The notes beneath the pieces were generated by a model. That model did not search any database. It had not been told where the DNA came from and was given only the letters and a program-made list of their open reading frames with translations. A DNA stretch of 64,000 bases from Candidatus Kaiserbacteria bacterium RIFCSPHIGHO2_01_FULL_54_36. GTDB taxonomy: Bacteria; Patescibacteriota; Minisyncoccia; Phycocordibacterales; UBA2100. Below are positions 1 to 10,077 of the stretch, one piece after another. The DNA lies in the NCBI GenBank assembly GCA_001781105.1, contig MFKV01000028.1, positions 10,428 to 74,427 on the forward strand, in the 5' to 3' direction. The stretch's first letter is position 1, and each line of letters opens with the position of its first letter. A program made the position numbers and the translations under genes.

Positions 1-1245
1 GAGTGGATTCTGAAATACGCCGATGAGAAGTGCTCCGAGACCTACGGTAGCGGTGGCAGTAAGGAGAGAGACAAAAAATGGCACAAAAGTCCTGCCGGAT
101 GCGTAGTATCCTCGTACAAGGAGAAACGCAATGCCCTGGGCGGCAAGGGAAAGTGAAAGTAAGCCAAGTACCGCAGCAGTGAGACGCGTATCGGTCCAAT
201 CGAATGCGCCGCTCCCTAGTATCGCGCGCACGATGTACGCTCGCAGCACGATAATGAGCGCGAGCGCGGGAAGCGACCAGAAGACGACCAGTCGCGCGGC
301 GGTTGCAATGTGCTCGATAAAAAGATCGCGCTCGCCGCGGGCAAATGCTGCAGCAAGGATAGGAAAAGCAGCGACAGAATATGATGCGCCGATGATCGCA
401 AGCGGGACCGCCTGCAGGTTCGAGGCCAACATGTACACCGCGATCGAGCCAGGAGTTAGCGTTGCGGCGAGCGCGACAAGCCCGATGAACGTGATTTGGT
501 TGAGTGAGAGCGCGAGCGCCCGCGGGATCGAGATGGTGGCCGTTTCCCACAGGACCCTCGGCCGCCTCAGGCGCGGGAGCGATCGGAAAAAGCCGTCCGC
601 GAAGGCCGATGGGGCCTGGATACCCACGTGCATGAACGCGCCTAAGACAACGCCGAGCGCGAGCCCCAGCATTCCCCACATGGGATAGAAAAAGACAACG
701 CCAGAGATGATGCCAATGTTGTATAGGAGCGGCGAGAGTGCATACAGGGCATAGCGCTGCCGCACCTGGGTAATTGCCCCGAAGATATTGGATAGCCCCA
801 AAAAGATCGGCTGCAGGAGCATGATACGGGTCAAAAGGACGAGCTCCCCGAGATGCCCAGCGGCGTTCAGTTTCGGGAAAAGAGAGGCAAGGAGAGCCGG
901 CGCGAATAGCGCAGCAAGGGCGGCGACTGCGACGGTAAAGATTGAAAATCCGATGATAATGCTATCGATATACTCGCGCTGATCAGTGAATGTGCGGCGC
1001 GATAGTTCAGGGATCAGAATATACACAGATACCAAGGCGCCGGTCCCAACAAATATGAGATCCGGGATACGAAATGCCGCGTAGTAGATGTCGAGCGTCT
1101 GCGAGGCCCCGAACGTGTGTGCCAGAAGCTTGTCCCGCAGGAGTGCCAAAAGAGAGGAAAGAAACGCGGAGAGCGCGATCATATTCACCGCCGCGTGCAA
1201 GCCGCGCACCTCGTACGAAAGGAGTCGGAGAGCCCGATTCATCAT
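1..1245 (-). CDS. murJ: Lipid II flippase MurJ (MviN), 3' end runs off the window start
   Basis: Not in the ORF track; manual translation from ATG at 1245 gives MMNRALRLLSYEVRGLHAA...LLRDKLLAHTFGASQTLDIYYAAFRIPDL, the MurJ N-terminal signature, followed by many hydrophobic segments. Confidence 0.9.
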   Translation of the reverse strand, partial: MMNRALRLLSYEVRGLHAAVNMIALSAFLSSLLALLRDKLLAHTFGASQTLDIYYAAFRIPDLIFVGTGALVSVYILIPELSRRTFTDQREYIDSIIIGFSIFTVAVAALAALFAPALLASLFPKLNAAGHLGELVLLTRIMLLQPIFLGLSNIFGAITQVRQRYALYALSPLLYNIGIISGVVFFYPMWGMLGLALGVVLGAFMHVGIQAPSAFADGFFRSLPRLRRPRVLWETATISIPRALALSLNQITFIGLVALAATLTPGSIAVYMLASNLQAVPLAIIGASYSVAAFPILAAAFARGERDLFIEHIATAARLVVFWSLPALALIIVLRAYIVRAILGSGAFDWTDTRLTAAVLGLLSLSLAAQGIAFLLVRGYYASGRTFVPFFVSLLTATATVGLGALLIGVFQNPL

Positions 1246-1250
1246 ACGAG

Positions 1251-3563
1251 CTATCTATTCGGCACGGGGTTTTGAGCAACGGGTAGCCGACCGGCGCGAA
1301 GATTCGCGAGTGCCTGCTGCACTACGGGCTGATTTGGATCTATGGTGTTGAGTGCCTCGAATATTTTGATGGAGTCGGCCGTACGGCCTAACTCTGCATA
1401 GGTAAGGCCCAAAACGTACGCGGCGTTGGCGTAGTTGGGCTCGAGGGTCAATGCGCGTTCAAGGGCTGCAGCCGCATTTTGGAAGTCTTTGGCAGCATAG
1501 GCAATTGAGCCTGCATTGAACCATGCGAGCGGGTCGTTCGACGCATATTGGGCGGCAAGCGCTGCGGTAGAGAGTGCGTCTTTGAGATTGTTCTGAGATG
1601 CGTATATCTGCGAGGCAACGTAGTAGGCGGCAGCAAAATCTTGCTTGAGCTGTACCGCTGCCGCCAAGTTTTGCAGCGCTAAGTCAGGATGGTTTTCTAT
1701 GATCTCAAGCTGCGCCAGTTGGAAGAGCGGCACGGGGCTTGAAGGATTCTCTTGCCGAGCACGTTCATAGGCTGCGCGGGCGTTTTCATACGCGCCTGCA
1801 ACCTTAACGCCCGCGAGCTGCTGGTAGAGCCCGGCGACTTCAAGCCAATTTTGATAGTCGTCTCCATTAATCGCAACTGCATCGAGCCCATGTTGGATCG
1901 TTTCTTGCAGTGTGGTTTGCAATTGCGCACGCACTGCTTCATCTTCCGGATCCCCTTTTGCAATAAGTTGCTGCAACTGGACGAGTCCGAGCTGCACTGC
2001 CGCACGATGCGCGCGGGTATTCGACGGATATACCTTGAGTGCCTTCTTTATGAGATCTGATGCCCTCTGAACATCTTGTGTCTGGTTGTAGACAATAATA
2101 CTCTTATTGAGAAGCATCTCCGCTGCGAGCACTCGCGATATCCCGAGAGAAGTTGCCAAAACCACAATGCCAAAAAGGATGAGGCCGATTGCTTGCGCTA
2201 TTCCTTGCCATCCCTCGCCGCGCACGCGCAAGTAGATGAGGCCCGTGATCCCCGCCCCTGCGGCTGAGGCTGTGAGCAATCCGGCGAAGATAAATACAAG
2301 TGCGCTTAGTGCTGGGCCTGGTACGTACAAGATATAGAAGACGACCAGGTACAGAGCTGCAAGGCCAAACGAAGAAGCATAGAGTACATCTGGCGCCCCG
2401 TGCGCCTTAGTATGGCGTATAAGCGAGCGACCCGCGGTGAGTAGGATCGCGCCTACAAAGAGTATCCATACAAGAATGCCAATAATGCCGGTCGTGACAA
2501 ATGAAGTAGGGATAGATCCTACGCCCGCGTTGAAATCAGTGTTCCAAAATGCTGTCTGATTGACGCTTGCCGGCTTATATAATCCCCACTCACGGCCAAA
2601 CGTGTTGGGACCCGCTCCGAAAAAGAGTGACGCGGGCTCTGTAAGAGAGAGGCTGCCTATCTCTATCGTGCCTTGCCAGGACGGCCGTACTTCGACGCTT
2701 GCCACCCGTATTTGAGAAGGCATCACGTTTGTGATAAAGCTGCCGAAGACCATCAAGAAGACCGCAAGGATAATGAGAACCCCCCATTCGCCGTGCGTCT
2801 TCCAGGAGAAAGAAACGTGGCCGCTCTTAGCGCGCTGAGCCATGAGCTCAAATGCAAGCCCAACTGCGCAAGCGACAGCGACCGCCGCCCAGACATCAAA
2901 GAAATTCGCGACAATAAGTAACAAGACCGAGGCGAGAGACACGGCCCAGATAAGGTAGCGCCAGATCCCCTCTGCAGCTTGGCTCTCTCGCAAGCTGAGC
3001 CCCAGAATAGTGAAAAGGCCCAGTATGATCGCAAATTCATGCCAGTTGCCAAACGCATTTCCTGTCTGCCCTGCGATGGCGCCGCCAAATCCGAATTGCG
3101 GCATTGCGAAGTGAAATATTTCAAGACCTACAAGTATCGCGGCTCCAATATAGAGGCCCCGTATTGCCCTCACGCGGGCTTCTGGCGCACCTGAAAAGAT
3201 AAGCGCAGAAAGCGCGAGCGCGGCATACAGAATGCATGCAAAAGCGAGCGTGTCTTGTTCAACTCCTGTTCCCACAAGCGATACTTGAGAAACGCCAGAT
3301 ACGAGGACAGAAGTCGCGTAGATGATCGGCAAAAGCAGTCCAGCAGCGAGGATCAGGCTTGCGGGAATTCTAACGCTTCCTTCTAAGAATCGGGCGGCCA
3401 CCCAACACACTGCCGTAATCGCTAATAGCACGACAATGAGCGCGGCTTTTGCTTGTACTATCGTTATCCAAAGGACGGGCACGAAAAAAATCGGCAAAAG
3501 GCCGATAAGGAGTATCATGCACCACTGCGCTACGGAGTCGAGTTTTGAAGTGCCATTCCCCAT
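1251..3563 (-). CDS. Polytopic membrane protein, O-antigen ligase/Wzy_C-like, with C-terminal TPR repeats
   Basis: 770 aa; ~12 TM segments, FGAGPNTF loop motif of O-antigen ligase-like proteins, several TPR-like repeats at the C-terminus. Confidence 0.7.
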   Translation of the reverse strand: MGNGTSKLDSVAQWCMILLIGLLPIFFVPVLWITIVQAKAALIVVLLAITAVCWVAARFLEGSVRIPASLILAAGLLLPIIYATSVLVSGVSQVSLVGTGVEQDTLAFACILYAALALSALIFSGAPEARVRAIRGLYIGAAILVGLEIFHFAMPQFGFGGAIAGQTGNAFGNWHEFAIILGLFTILGLSLRESQAAEGIWRYLIWAVSLASVLLLIVANFFDVWAAVAVACAVGLAFELMAQRAKSGHVSFSWKTHGEWGVLIILAVFLMVFGSFITNVMPSQIRVASVEVRPSWQGTIEIGSLSLTEPASLFFGAGPNTFGREWGLYKPASVNQTAFWNTDFNAGVGSIPTSFVTTGIIGILVWILFVGAILLTAGRSLIRHTKAHGAPDVLYASSFGLAALYLVVFYILYVPGPALSALVFIFAGLLTASAAGAGITGLIYLRVRGEGWQGIAQAIGLILFGIVVLATSLGISRVLAAEMLLNKSIIVYNQTQDVQRASDLIKKALKVYPSNTRAHRAAVQLGLVQLQQLIAKGDPEDEAVRAQLQTTLQETIQHGLDAVAINGDDYQNWLEVAGLYQQLAGVKVAGAYENARAAYERARQENPSSPVPLFQLAQLEIIENHPDLALQNLAAAVQLKQDFAAAYYVASQIYASQNNLKDALSTAALAAQYASNDPLAWFNAGSIAYAAKDFQNAAAALERALTLEPNYANAAYVLGLTYAELGRTADSIKIFEALNTIDPNQPVVQQALANLRAGRLPVAQNPVPNR

Positions 3564-3672
3564 ACGATCGTATTGACTGGTATCGCACTAGTGTAGCACA
3601 CCTGTTTTTATGCAACTTTTGTCTAAACGGTGGGGATGTTGTTTTTTGGCTAATATATGAAATACTGTCCCC

Positions 3673-4034
3673 CTGCATTAGGCAGCCGCTCGCGCGCAAG
3701 CGTTGAGAGGAAAGTCCGGACACGCACATCGATCAGATGTAGTACGGTAGCGGGTAACGCCCGCCGGGGTAATCCTAGGGATGCGAACAGAGACGTCCGA
3801 GCCGAGAGGCAAAGACACCCCTGTCTGCCGACAGGCAGGCGCAAGGGTGAGCCAGTGTGGAAACGCATTGGGTGCAACGGCAAAAATCCTACCTGCGTGC
3901 AAGGCCGTGCTTGGTCGTGCCGCTTTGAACATTCGGTGTTCAGTGCGGCATGACTGAGAGAGCCGCGCGAGGTGAGTGGCAACATTCATCCCAGATACAT
4001 GGCTGCCCCCGACAGAATCCGGCTTATTGTGCAG
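3673..4034 (+). ncRNA. rnpB: RNase P RNA (bacterial type A)
   Basis: Universal motifs GAGGAAAGTCC (5' P4), GGGTAACGCCC, GGAAAC, TGCAAGG and ACAGAATCCGGCTTAT (3' P4) in correct order and spacing; P1 ends approximate. Confidence 0.95.
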
Positions 4035-4153
4035 TGCAGGCGAGCAAAGCAAACGAGCTTTGCTCGTTTGCTTTTGAGCCAAACAAACAAAACGAACGAA
4101 GTGAGTATTGTGCAGAGGAAACGAACAAAGCGAAAGCGATGCTCGCTTTCGTT
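4025..4153. repeat. Hairpin-rich element downstream of rnpB with duplicated rnpB 3' end
   Basis: TATTGTGCAG at 4025-4034 and 4106-4115; hairpins AAAGCAAACGAGC-TTT-GCTCGTTTGCTTT and CGAAAGCGA-TGC-TCGCTTTCG. Confidence 0.6.
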
Positions 4154-4632
4154 TATAGTTGAACCCAGTCTCCCACTTCAACTGAATGCGCCGCAGCGTA
4201 TCCCGCCGGAAGCTCGAGCACGTAGCGCGCCTGCTGCGTAGGCTCGAAGCTCTGTGGATAGGTATCGGGAGACACGTTTTCTGTGATAGAGACGATCGTG
4301 CCGTCAGCGGCGAGCCACAGAATATCGATCGAGAATCGCATATCTTTCATCCAAAATCCGTATTCCCCATCGGCGGGAAAAATAAAGAGCATGCCTTCGT
4401 CGGGAGCTAGTCCTTCGCGGCCACTCAATCCCCTTTGCCGCTCTGCGGGAGTCTCTACAACAGTGGCTTGTACGGTTTGGTCTCCCACGCCTATCGTCCG
4501 CATCGGAGATGCGAGCGAGGAAGTACTGACGGGAGCAGGCTTAACGTGCTGCTCCGTCAAGATCGTATAGAAATATGCGGCGACGAGTAGAAGTACGCCC
4601 GCAACAGCGATGTAGATTGATCCGCGCTTCAT
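4153..4632 (-). CDS. DUF192 family protein
   Basis: N-terminal TM; RQRGLSGR, GMLFIF, FWMKDMRFSIDI, YVLELPAG motifs. Confidence 0.9.
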   Translation of the reverse strand: MKRGSIYIAVAGVLLLVAAYFYTILTEQHVKPAPVSTSSLASPMRTIGVGDQTVQATVVETPAERQRGLSGREGLAPDEGMLFIFPADGEYGFWMKDMRFSIDILWLAADGTIVSITENVSPDTYPQSFEPTQQARYVLELPAGYAAAHSVEVGDWVQL

Positions 4633-4641
4633 ATCACGAGG

Positions 4642-5112
4642 CTACTCTGCAAGATATGCGCCAGTCTGATCCGCTTCCATGTCATAGTTCGCCCCTACCG
4701 CTGCGGACCCGACGACGAGGATGATAGCCATCACAATGAATGAGACAAGCCAGTAGAGCGAGACTATCAAGTAGTAGCGGATGGGTTTTTGCTCCCAGAG
4801 CACCATTCCAAGCATCGGCGGGGCGGTAAAGCCGATCCAACACCAAAAGCCAAGCTCTATGGCACCGATCCAGTCATATACTCCCCAGGCGATGCCGAAA
4901 TAGTTCATCACATATGCGACAAGCATGCTCGCAAGGAGCGCCACGAGTGCATAGAGCGGCATCCACTTCTTGCCGCGCTCCGCCATTTCGGGAGTCATAC
5001 CTCCCATTCGCATCCAGCTGCCGCCGAAAATGCTCGGGTGGTACCATACCCACCCAATGAGAACGGATGCGACGCCTGCGGCGAGTATTGGCCAGAACGT
5101 TACTTCCATCAT
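4642..5112 (-). CDS. DUF1761 family membrane protein
   Basis: Start reassigned to MMEVTFWP (the longer ORF overlaps a tRNA); GWVWYHPSIFGGSW motif, 4 TM helices. Confidence 0.8.
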   Translation of the reverse strand: MMEVTFWPILAAGVASVLIGWVWYHPSIFGGSWMRMGGMTPEMAERGKKWMPLYALVALLASMLVAYVMNYFGIAWGVYDWIGAIELGFWCWIGFTAPPMLGMVLWEQKPIRYYLIVSLYWLVSFIVMAIILVVGSAAVGANYDMEADQTGAYLAE

Positions 5113-5169
5113 GTTGTGGTAATGATAACGTGCACCCCACTCACGTCTAGAGGACGATGTGTACAGATT

Positions 5170-5254
5170 CGGAGGCGGAGAGATTCGAACTCTCGATGCC
5201 TTGCGGCATGCCGCCTTTCCAAGGCGGTGCACTAGACCACTATGCGACGCCTCC
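5170..5254 (-). tRNA. tRNA-Ser(GGA)
   Basis: GGAGGCG acceptor stem, anticodon arm CCGCC-TTGGAAA-GGCGG, long variable arm, GTTCGAATC T-loop; CCA not encoded. Confidence 0.95.
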
Positions 5255-5303
5255 GTATGTTGCGAAGTATAGAATATCCCCATGCCTTGTTCAATACAAT
5301 GCA

Positions 5304-5327
5304 ATTGTATCGATATATCGATACAAT
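5304..5327. promoter_or_regulatory. 24-bp perfect palindrome upstream of TrpR-like gene (site A)
   Basis: ATTGTATCGATATATCGATACAAT; overlaps a TACAAT -10-like hexamer 7 nt before the ATG. Confidence 0.75.
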
Positions 5328-5334
5328 GTGGAAT

Positions 5335-5733
5335 ATGACTCATGTCTCTCAGCGAACGCTTGCCACAAATACTTCAAGGCGGATCAAGAAGAACCTTATC
5401 AACGCGCTCGGGGGAAATGACGGGGTTATCATCGAGTCTCTTCTTACACCGACGGAAACGACAATGCTCGCAAAGCGCTTAGCAATGATCGTCATGCTCG
5501 AACGCAAATATTCCTCATATGAAATAGGTAAGGGTCTGAACGTGAGTATTTCTACAGTCCTTCGTTTTGAGCGGATGCTTCGCGCGGGGGTATTTCGTGC
5601 AATTCAAAGAATCTTGCGCAGTAAGAAAAAAGTATCACTATTAGAGTTGTTGGAGCTGACGTTCGTGCGCCATGGAAATGCAAAACACAAAAGGCGCATG
5701 GCGGACATCAAGCGCAGGTTATGGGCCACGTAG
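5335..5733 (+). CDS. TrpR-like (YerC/YecD) helix-turn-helix protein
   Basis: LLTPTETTMLAKRL and SSYEIGKGLNVSISTVLR HTH motifs; start reassigned to MTHVS. Confidence 0.8.
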   Translation: MTHVSQRTLATNTSRRIKKNLINALGGNDGVIIESLLTPTETTMLAKRLAMIVMLERKYSSYEIGKGLNVSISTVLRFERMLRAGVFRAIQRILRSKKKVSLLELLELTFVRHGNAKHKRRMADIKRRLWAT

Positions 5734-5736
5734 TCT

Positions 5737-5760
5737 AATGTATCGATATATCGATACATT
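5737..5760. promoter_or_regulatory. 24-bp perfect palindrome downstream of TrpR-like gene (site B)
   Basis: AATGTATCGATATATCGATACATT; central 20 bp identical to site A. Confidence 0.75.
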
Positions 5761-5801
5761 TCATGCTGTGTGATTTGCCAACGATAGGCTGGCGGATGAC
5801 C

Positions 5802-6692
5802 TTACACGCGCATTTGAGTAAGTGCTGCTACTCTTTCTTCAACAGGTGGATGGGTCGAGAAAAGCTTAGCAATAAAGCGGCCAGCTTCGTGCGCACCGAA
5901 TGGATTTGAGATAAAAAGGTGGGCAGTGGCGTGATTTGCCTTTTGCATCGGCGCACCATAGGACGCTATCTTCTGTAAGGCGGAAGCAAGAGCATCCGGA
6001 TAGCGCGTCAGAAGCGCCCCAGACGCGTCAGCTAAGAATTCCCGCTTTCGGGAAACAGCCAACTGTATCAATTGTGCAGCGATGGGCGCAAGAATGATAG
6101 CAGCGATACCGGCAACGAGCAGCAGTGGATTTTTATTGTCGCGATTCCCTCCCCCGAAAAAGCTCATGCGCAAAAAGATATCTGAAACGATGGCGATGAA
6201 TCCAGCGAGGACTACCGCAACCGTCATCACCAGAATATCTCTGTTGCCGATATGTGAGAGCTCGTGCGCAAGGACTCCCTCTAGTTCCGAGCGATCCAGC
6301 CGCTCAAGCAGTCCGGTTGTTACGGCAACCACTGCATGTTTTGGGTCGCGTCCGGCGGCAAATGCGTTCGGAGCGGGCTCCTGCATTACGTAGACGCGTG
6401 GCTTCGGAAGCCCTGCGGTGATCGCGAGATTCTCTACAATGCGATGCAGCTCAAGGTATTCGACAGGATCAGCTTCCTTCGCGCCGGTCGCAGAGAGAGC
6501 GATCTTATCGGAGAACCAGTATGCGGTTATGTTCATTACAAGAGAAAAAGCGACCGCGGCGTAGAGAATGGCAGTATTGCCATACAGCTGCGATACGATC
6601 CATCCGAGCGCGATAACGATGACCAAGAATCCGGCCATGAGGAACCATGTCTTGCGGATGTTTTTGCCTTGTTGGGTGTAAAGAGATGCCAT
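5802..6692 (-). CDS. htpX: Zinc metalloprotease HtpX (M48)
   Basis: PNAFA, HELSH, SRKREFLADA, FSTHPP motifs; follows lemA. Confidence 0.95.
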   Translation of the reverse strand: MASLYTQQGKNIRKTWFLMAGFLVIVIALGWIVSQLYGNTAILYAAVAFSLVMNITAYWFSDKIALSATGAKEADPVEYLELHRIVENLAITAGLPKPRVYVMQEPAPNAFAAGRDPKHAVVAVTTGLLERLDRSELEGVLAHELSHIGNRDILVMTVAVVLAGFIAIVSDIFLRMSFFGGGNRDNKNPLLLVAGIAAIILAPIAAQLIQLAVSRKREFLADASGALLTRYPDALASALQKIASYGAPMQKANHATAHLFISNPFGAHEAGRFIAKLFSTHPPVEERVAALTQMRV

Positions 6693-6737
6693 AGTGAAAA
6701 GACTCCGTAACTATACCAAAACGCTACCAATATATTG

Positions 6738-7298
6738 CTAGAAGCTGACCTTGACGGGGTTCCTCGCTGCTTCTTCGCCAGCATCAAGCTGGAAGAACTC
6801 TCTTGTTTTGAATCCGAATGTACTGCCCACAATGTTCGTTGGGAATTGCTCGAGTGCGTTCTGGAGGTCTTGCACGACCGTGTTGTAGAATCGGCGAGCG
6901 GCTTGGATCTTATTCTCGGTGTCGGAGAGTTCTCGCTGGAGCTCGACGAAATTAGAGTTTGCCTTGAGATCGGGGTAGCTCTCAGAAACCGCAAAGAGCG
7001 ATTTAAGCGCGCCGGTAAGCATGTTCTCTGCTTGCGCGTGCTCAGCGACACTTTGCGCCCCCATCGCTTTTGTACGCGCATCCGTTACTTTCTGCAACGT
7101 TCCTGCTTCGTGCGCAGCGTAGCCCTTTACCGTCGCGATGAGATTTGGGATGAGGTCGTAGCGGCGCTTCAGCTGCACATCGATGTCAGACCACGCCTCT
7201 TCTGCCTGATTCGTAAGCCGGACGAATCGGTTGTACGCCCAGACAACGAACAGCACTGCCAGGACAGCGATCCCAAGAAGTATCCACGAAATGTTCAT
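6738..7298 (-). CDS. lemA: LemA family protein
   Basis: WSDIDVQLKRRYDLIPNL, ESYPDLKAN, RRFYN motifs. Confidence 0.95.
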   Translation of the reverse strand: MNISWILLGIAVLAVLFVVWAYNRFVRLTNQAEEAWSDIDVQLKRRYDLIPNLIATVKGYAAHEAGTLQKVTDARTKAMGAQSVAEHAQAENMLTGALKSLFAVSESYPDLKANSNFVELQRELSDTENKIQAARRFYNTVVQDLQNALEQFPTNIVGSTFGFKTREFFQLDAGEEAARNPVKVSF

Positions 7299-7329
7299 GC
7301 GCTTAGTGTATCACAATCGCCTCAACTAT

Positions 7330-8256
7330 CTATATACCTAGGAAATTCTTCAGGGCTTGCGCGATTCCGTCCCAGAAACCTCTTGGCTGCGGGCTTGCGC
7401 TAGGAGTGGGGGCTGGCCCGCCGAATGTATTGAAATCCGGATTAGTATAGAACGATGCTTGGTTTGCCGTTCCACCCGCGGGCCCACTTTGGCCTGCCCC
7501 CTGTGCTTGGAGCGCGACCATTTCCTGTGTTGGATATAGTACGGGCCGCTCGGTCTCACCAGATTGCAACGTTGCACTCGAATTGCTAAAAACATTCCCC
7601 ACAGCCTCTGATGCTGATTTTGCCACATCTTGTATCACTCTCCCCACGGCAAACCAGCTGAACGGAGACTTCGGGGCTTCGGTGGTTGTTGTATCCTCAG
7701 TCGTTTCGTCGGTGATAGGCACAAGTGTGGTGTCCAGCAGATTGCTGATCAGCGTACTGCCGAGCGAGCTCGGGCAAGGCTTTCCATCGGGACCAAGGGC
7801 ATTGGGATCGCTCTCCCCGCTAAAGGCGCTAGATCTGGTAGATCCAGATGCGGGACAGGGCTCGGTTTTCGGCTGCTCTGGCGGTTTCTCGTCTTTTTTT
7901 GGCTCAGGCATTTTCGGCATCTCGGGTGGTTTGCCTCCGCCTGGCGGCTCCCCCTTGCAGATGTTTGGCCCCTTACACTTACCAGGTGTCTCATGCCCAT
8001 TGGTAAAATCCGGACACGAACAGTCGAGTCCCCCTTTCTTTTTTGTTTTGGGATTTATCTTATCGCAGGGATAAGTGTAGTCTTTGTCGGGTGTGCATTT
8101 GGCGTCCGCTTCTTTCGCAACCGCAAGCTGGCTCGAGCGAGATGCCGTAGACATGCTCAGTGAGCCAATTGTAAAGCTCACCACGAATACCGCGGCGAGC
8201 GCGATAGCGCTTGAGGATGTAAACCGGAAGGCCTTCTTCTTCCTCCGCGATGCCAT
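7330..8256 (-). CDS. Membrane-anchored hypothetical protein with Cys-rich module and Pro/Lys-rich linker
   Basis: 308 aa; basic N-terminus + one TM, 8 Cys in the extracellular part, low-complexity tail. Confidence 0.65.
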   Translation of the reverse strand: MASRRKKKAFRFTSSSAIALAAVFVVSFTIGSLSMSTASRSSQLAVAKEADAKCTPDKDYTYPCDKINPKTKKKGGLDCSCPDFTNGHETPGKCKGPNICKGEPPGGGKPPEMPKMPEPKKDEKPPEQPKTEPCPASGSTRSSAFSGESDPNALGPDGKPCPSSLGSTLISNLLDTTLVPITDETTEDTTTTEAPKSPFSWFAVGRVIQDVAKSASEAVGNVFSNSSATLQSGETERPVLYPTQEMVALQAQGAGQSGPAGGTANQASFYTNPDFNTFGGPAPTPSASPQPRGFWDGIAQALKNFLGI

Positions 8257-8314
8257 ACCGCAATTCTACCACGCAAAATTGCGCTCCTTCCGTATTTTCC
8301 CAACCCCCAAGCGA

Positions 8315-8423
8315 GGCGCTCAGTGGGCCTGGAGCAAGGCCCCTCGCAGCCGCGACGGCGGCGAGAGGAGCAGATCCGCCAGCAGGCGGATACGCGTGTC
8401 TTGCGAGAGGCCCACTGAGCGCC
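8315..8423. repeat. MITE/REP-like element with 16-bp perfect terminal inverted repeats
   Basis: GGCGCTCAGTGGGCCT ... AGGCCCACTGAGCGCC enclosing hairpin ATCCGCC-AGCA-GGCGGAT, immediately after the groEL stop. Confidence 0.65.
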
Positions 8424-8430
8424 GAGCGCC

Positions 8431-10071
8431 TCACTCCATGTCCCCACCCATATTTGGGGCAGGGGCTTTCTTGTCTTCTGGGATATCCGCCACCGCAGCC
8501 TCCGTGGTAAGAAGCACTGCCGCAGCTGAGGCAGCATTTTCAACACAGCTGCGCGTTACTTTGACCGGGTCAAGGATCCCTGCTTCGTACATATCAACTA
8601 TTGAAGCGTCCTCCCTTTCGGCGGAAGCGTCAAAGCCGAAGGCTGGGCCTTTTTTCACAACTTCCTGCAAGACGACGGCTGCATCCTCGCGCCCCGCGTT
8701 GCGTGCAATCTGCAAAAGAGGAGCAGAGAGTGCGCTCACAAGAATTCGGTATCCAACCGTATATTCATCGTGTGCCTTTCCGTCGATCTTCTTTCCGAGC
8801 TTCTCGCCCACCTTTGCAAGTGCCGCGCCTCCTCCCGGGACAATGCCCTCAGCGATCGCAGCCTTCGTGGCATTGACCGCGTCTTCAATTTTATCTTTGA
8901 GATATTTCATTTCGGTCTCCGTGGCAGCGCCCACTCGTATGACCGCGACGCCTCCGGAGAGCTTCGCGACGCGCTCTTCGAGTTTTTCTTTGTCGAATTT
9001 GGAATCCGTATTTTCTATCTGCTTGCGTAGCTGTGCCACGCGCTCCGAAATATCGCCTTTCTTCCCTTTCCCACCCACAATAATGGTCGAGTCTTTCGTC
9101 GCGACCACGCGGTTCGCGCGGCCAAGCATGTTGAGCTCCGCCTTTTCTAGTGTAATACCGAGGTCATCGGAGATAACCGTGCCGCCGACGGTGATCGCGA
9201 TGTCCGCCAGCATCTCTTTCTTGCGGTCGCCGTATCCGGGCGCCTTGACGGCAAGTACGTTGAATGCGCCGCGCAGTTTATTGACCACAAACGTCGCAAG
9301 CGCCTCGCCATCTACGTCGTCAGCGATGATAACGAGGTCCTTTTTCCCGCTTTGCGCTACTTTTTCAAGGAGCGGTAAGATCTCTTTTACCGTCGAGATC
9401 TTTTTATCAGTGATGAGGATGGGTGTATCTTTCACTTCCGCTTCCATGCGCTCAGCGTTGGTGATCATATAGGCGGAGACGTACCCTTTGTCGAATTCCA
9501 TGCCTTCCACAAAATCTGACTCGATGCCGATAGATTGAGATTCTTCCACGGTGACAACGCCATCTTTCCCTACCTTCTCTACTGTATCTGCGATCGTTTT
9601 CCCGAGCTCCTCTGATTCAGCAGAGATCGTCGCGACTTGCCGGATATCATTCTTACCTTTCACCTCACGCGCCATTTTTTTCAATTCATCAACAGCATCC
9701 TTTGCTGCCGCCTCAATGCCGCGGCGCACCATCATGGCGTTCGCCCCGAGCGCGGTACGTTTCAAGCCCTCGTGAATGATCGCCTGCGTTAATACGACCG
9801 CAGTCGTGGTGCCATCTCCTGCCTTGTCGTTAGTCTTGGTCGCGACCTCTTTCACGATTGAGGCCCCCATATTTTCGAACTTATCAGCGAGCGTTATTTC
9901 TTTGGCGATAGAAACGCCGTCGTTGGTGATCGTCGGGCCGCCCCAGGATTTGTCGAGGGCAACGTTGCGCCCTTTTGGCCCAAGCGTCACTTTTACCGCA
10001 CTCGCAACGACATCAACCCCGCGCTTCAGCGCTGCCCGAACATCCTGATCGAAAAGTACCTGTTTTGCCAT
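8431..10071 (-). CDS. groL: Chaperonin GroEL
   Basis: [31 protein letters not shown] motifs; 546 aa. Confidence 0.99.
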   Translation of the reverse strand: MAKQVLFDQDVRAALKRGVDVVASAVKVTLGPKGRNVALDKSWGGPTITNDGVSIAKEITLADKFENMGASIVKEVATKTNDKAGDGTTTAVVLTQAIIHEGLKRTALGANAMMVRRGIEAAAKDAVDELKKMAREVKGKNDIRQVATISAESEELGKTIADTVEKVGKDGVVTVEESQSIGIESDFVEGMEFDKGYVSAYMITNAERMEAEVKDTPILITDKKISTVKEILPLLEKVAQSGKKDLVIIADDVDGEALATFVVNKLRGAFNVLAVKAPGYGDRKKEMLADIAITVGGTVISDDLGITLEKAELNMLGRANRVVATKDSTIIVGGKGKKGDISERVAQLRKQIENTDSKFDKEKLEERVAKLSGGVAVIRVGAATETEMKYLKDKIEDAVNATKAAIAEGIVPGGGAALAKVGEKLGKKIDGKAHDEYTVGYRILVSALSAPLLQIARNAGREDAAVVLQEVVKKGPAFGFDASAEREDASIVDMYEAGILDPVKVTRSCVENAASAAAVLLTTEAAVADIPEDKKAPAPNMGGDME

Positions 10072-10077
10072 AGAGTT

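Noticed and set aside
3650-4241. Several ORFs over 3650-4241
   Set aside because: They overlap RNase P RNA and its downstream repeat.
8084-9472. 462-aa plus-strand ORF and similar long ORFs (24364-25329, 44402-45274, 15840-16631)
   Set aside because: Antisense shadows of groEL, metK, typA/msrB and the HAD gene; no motifs.
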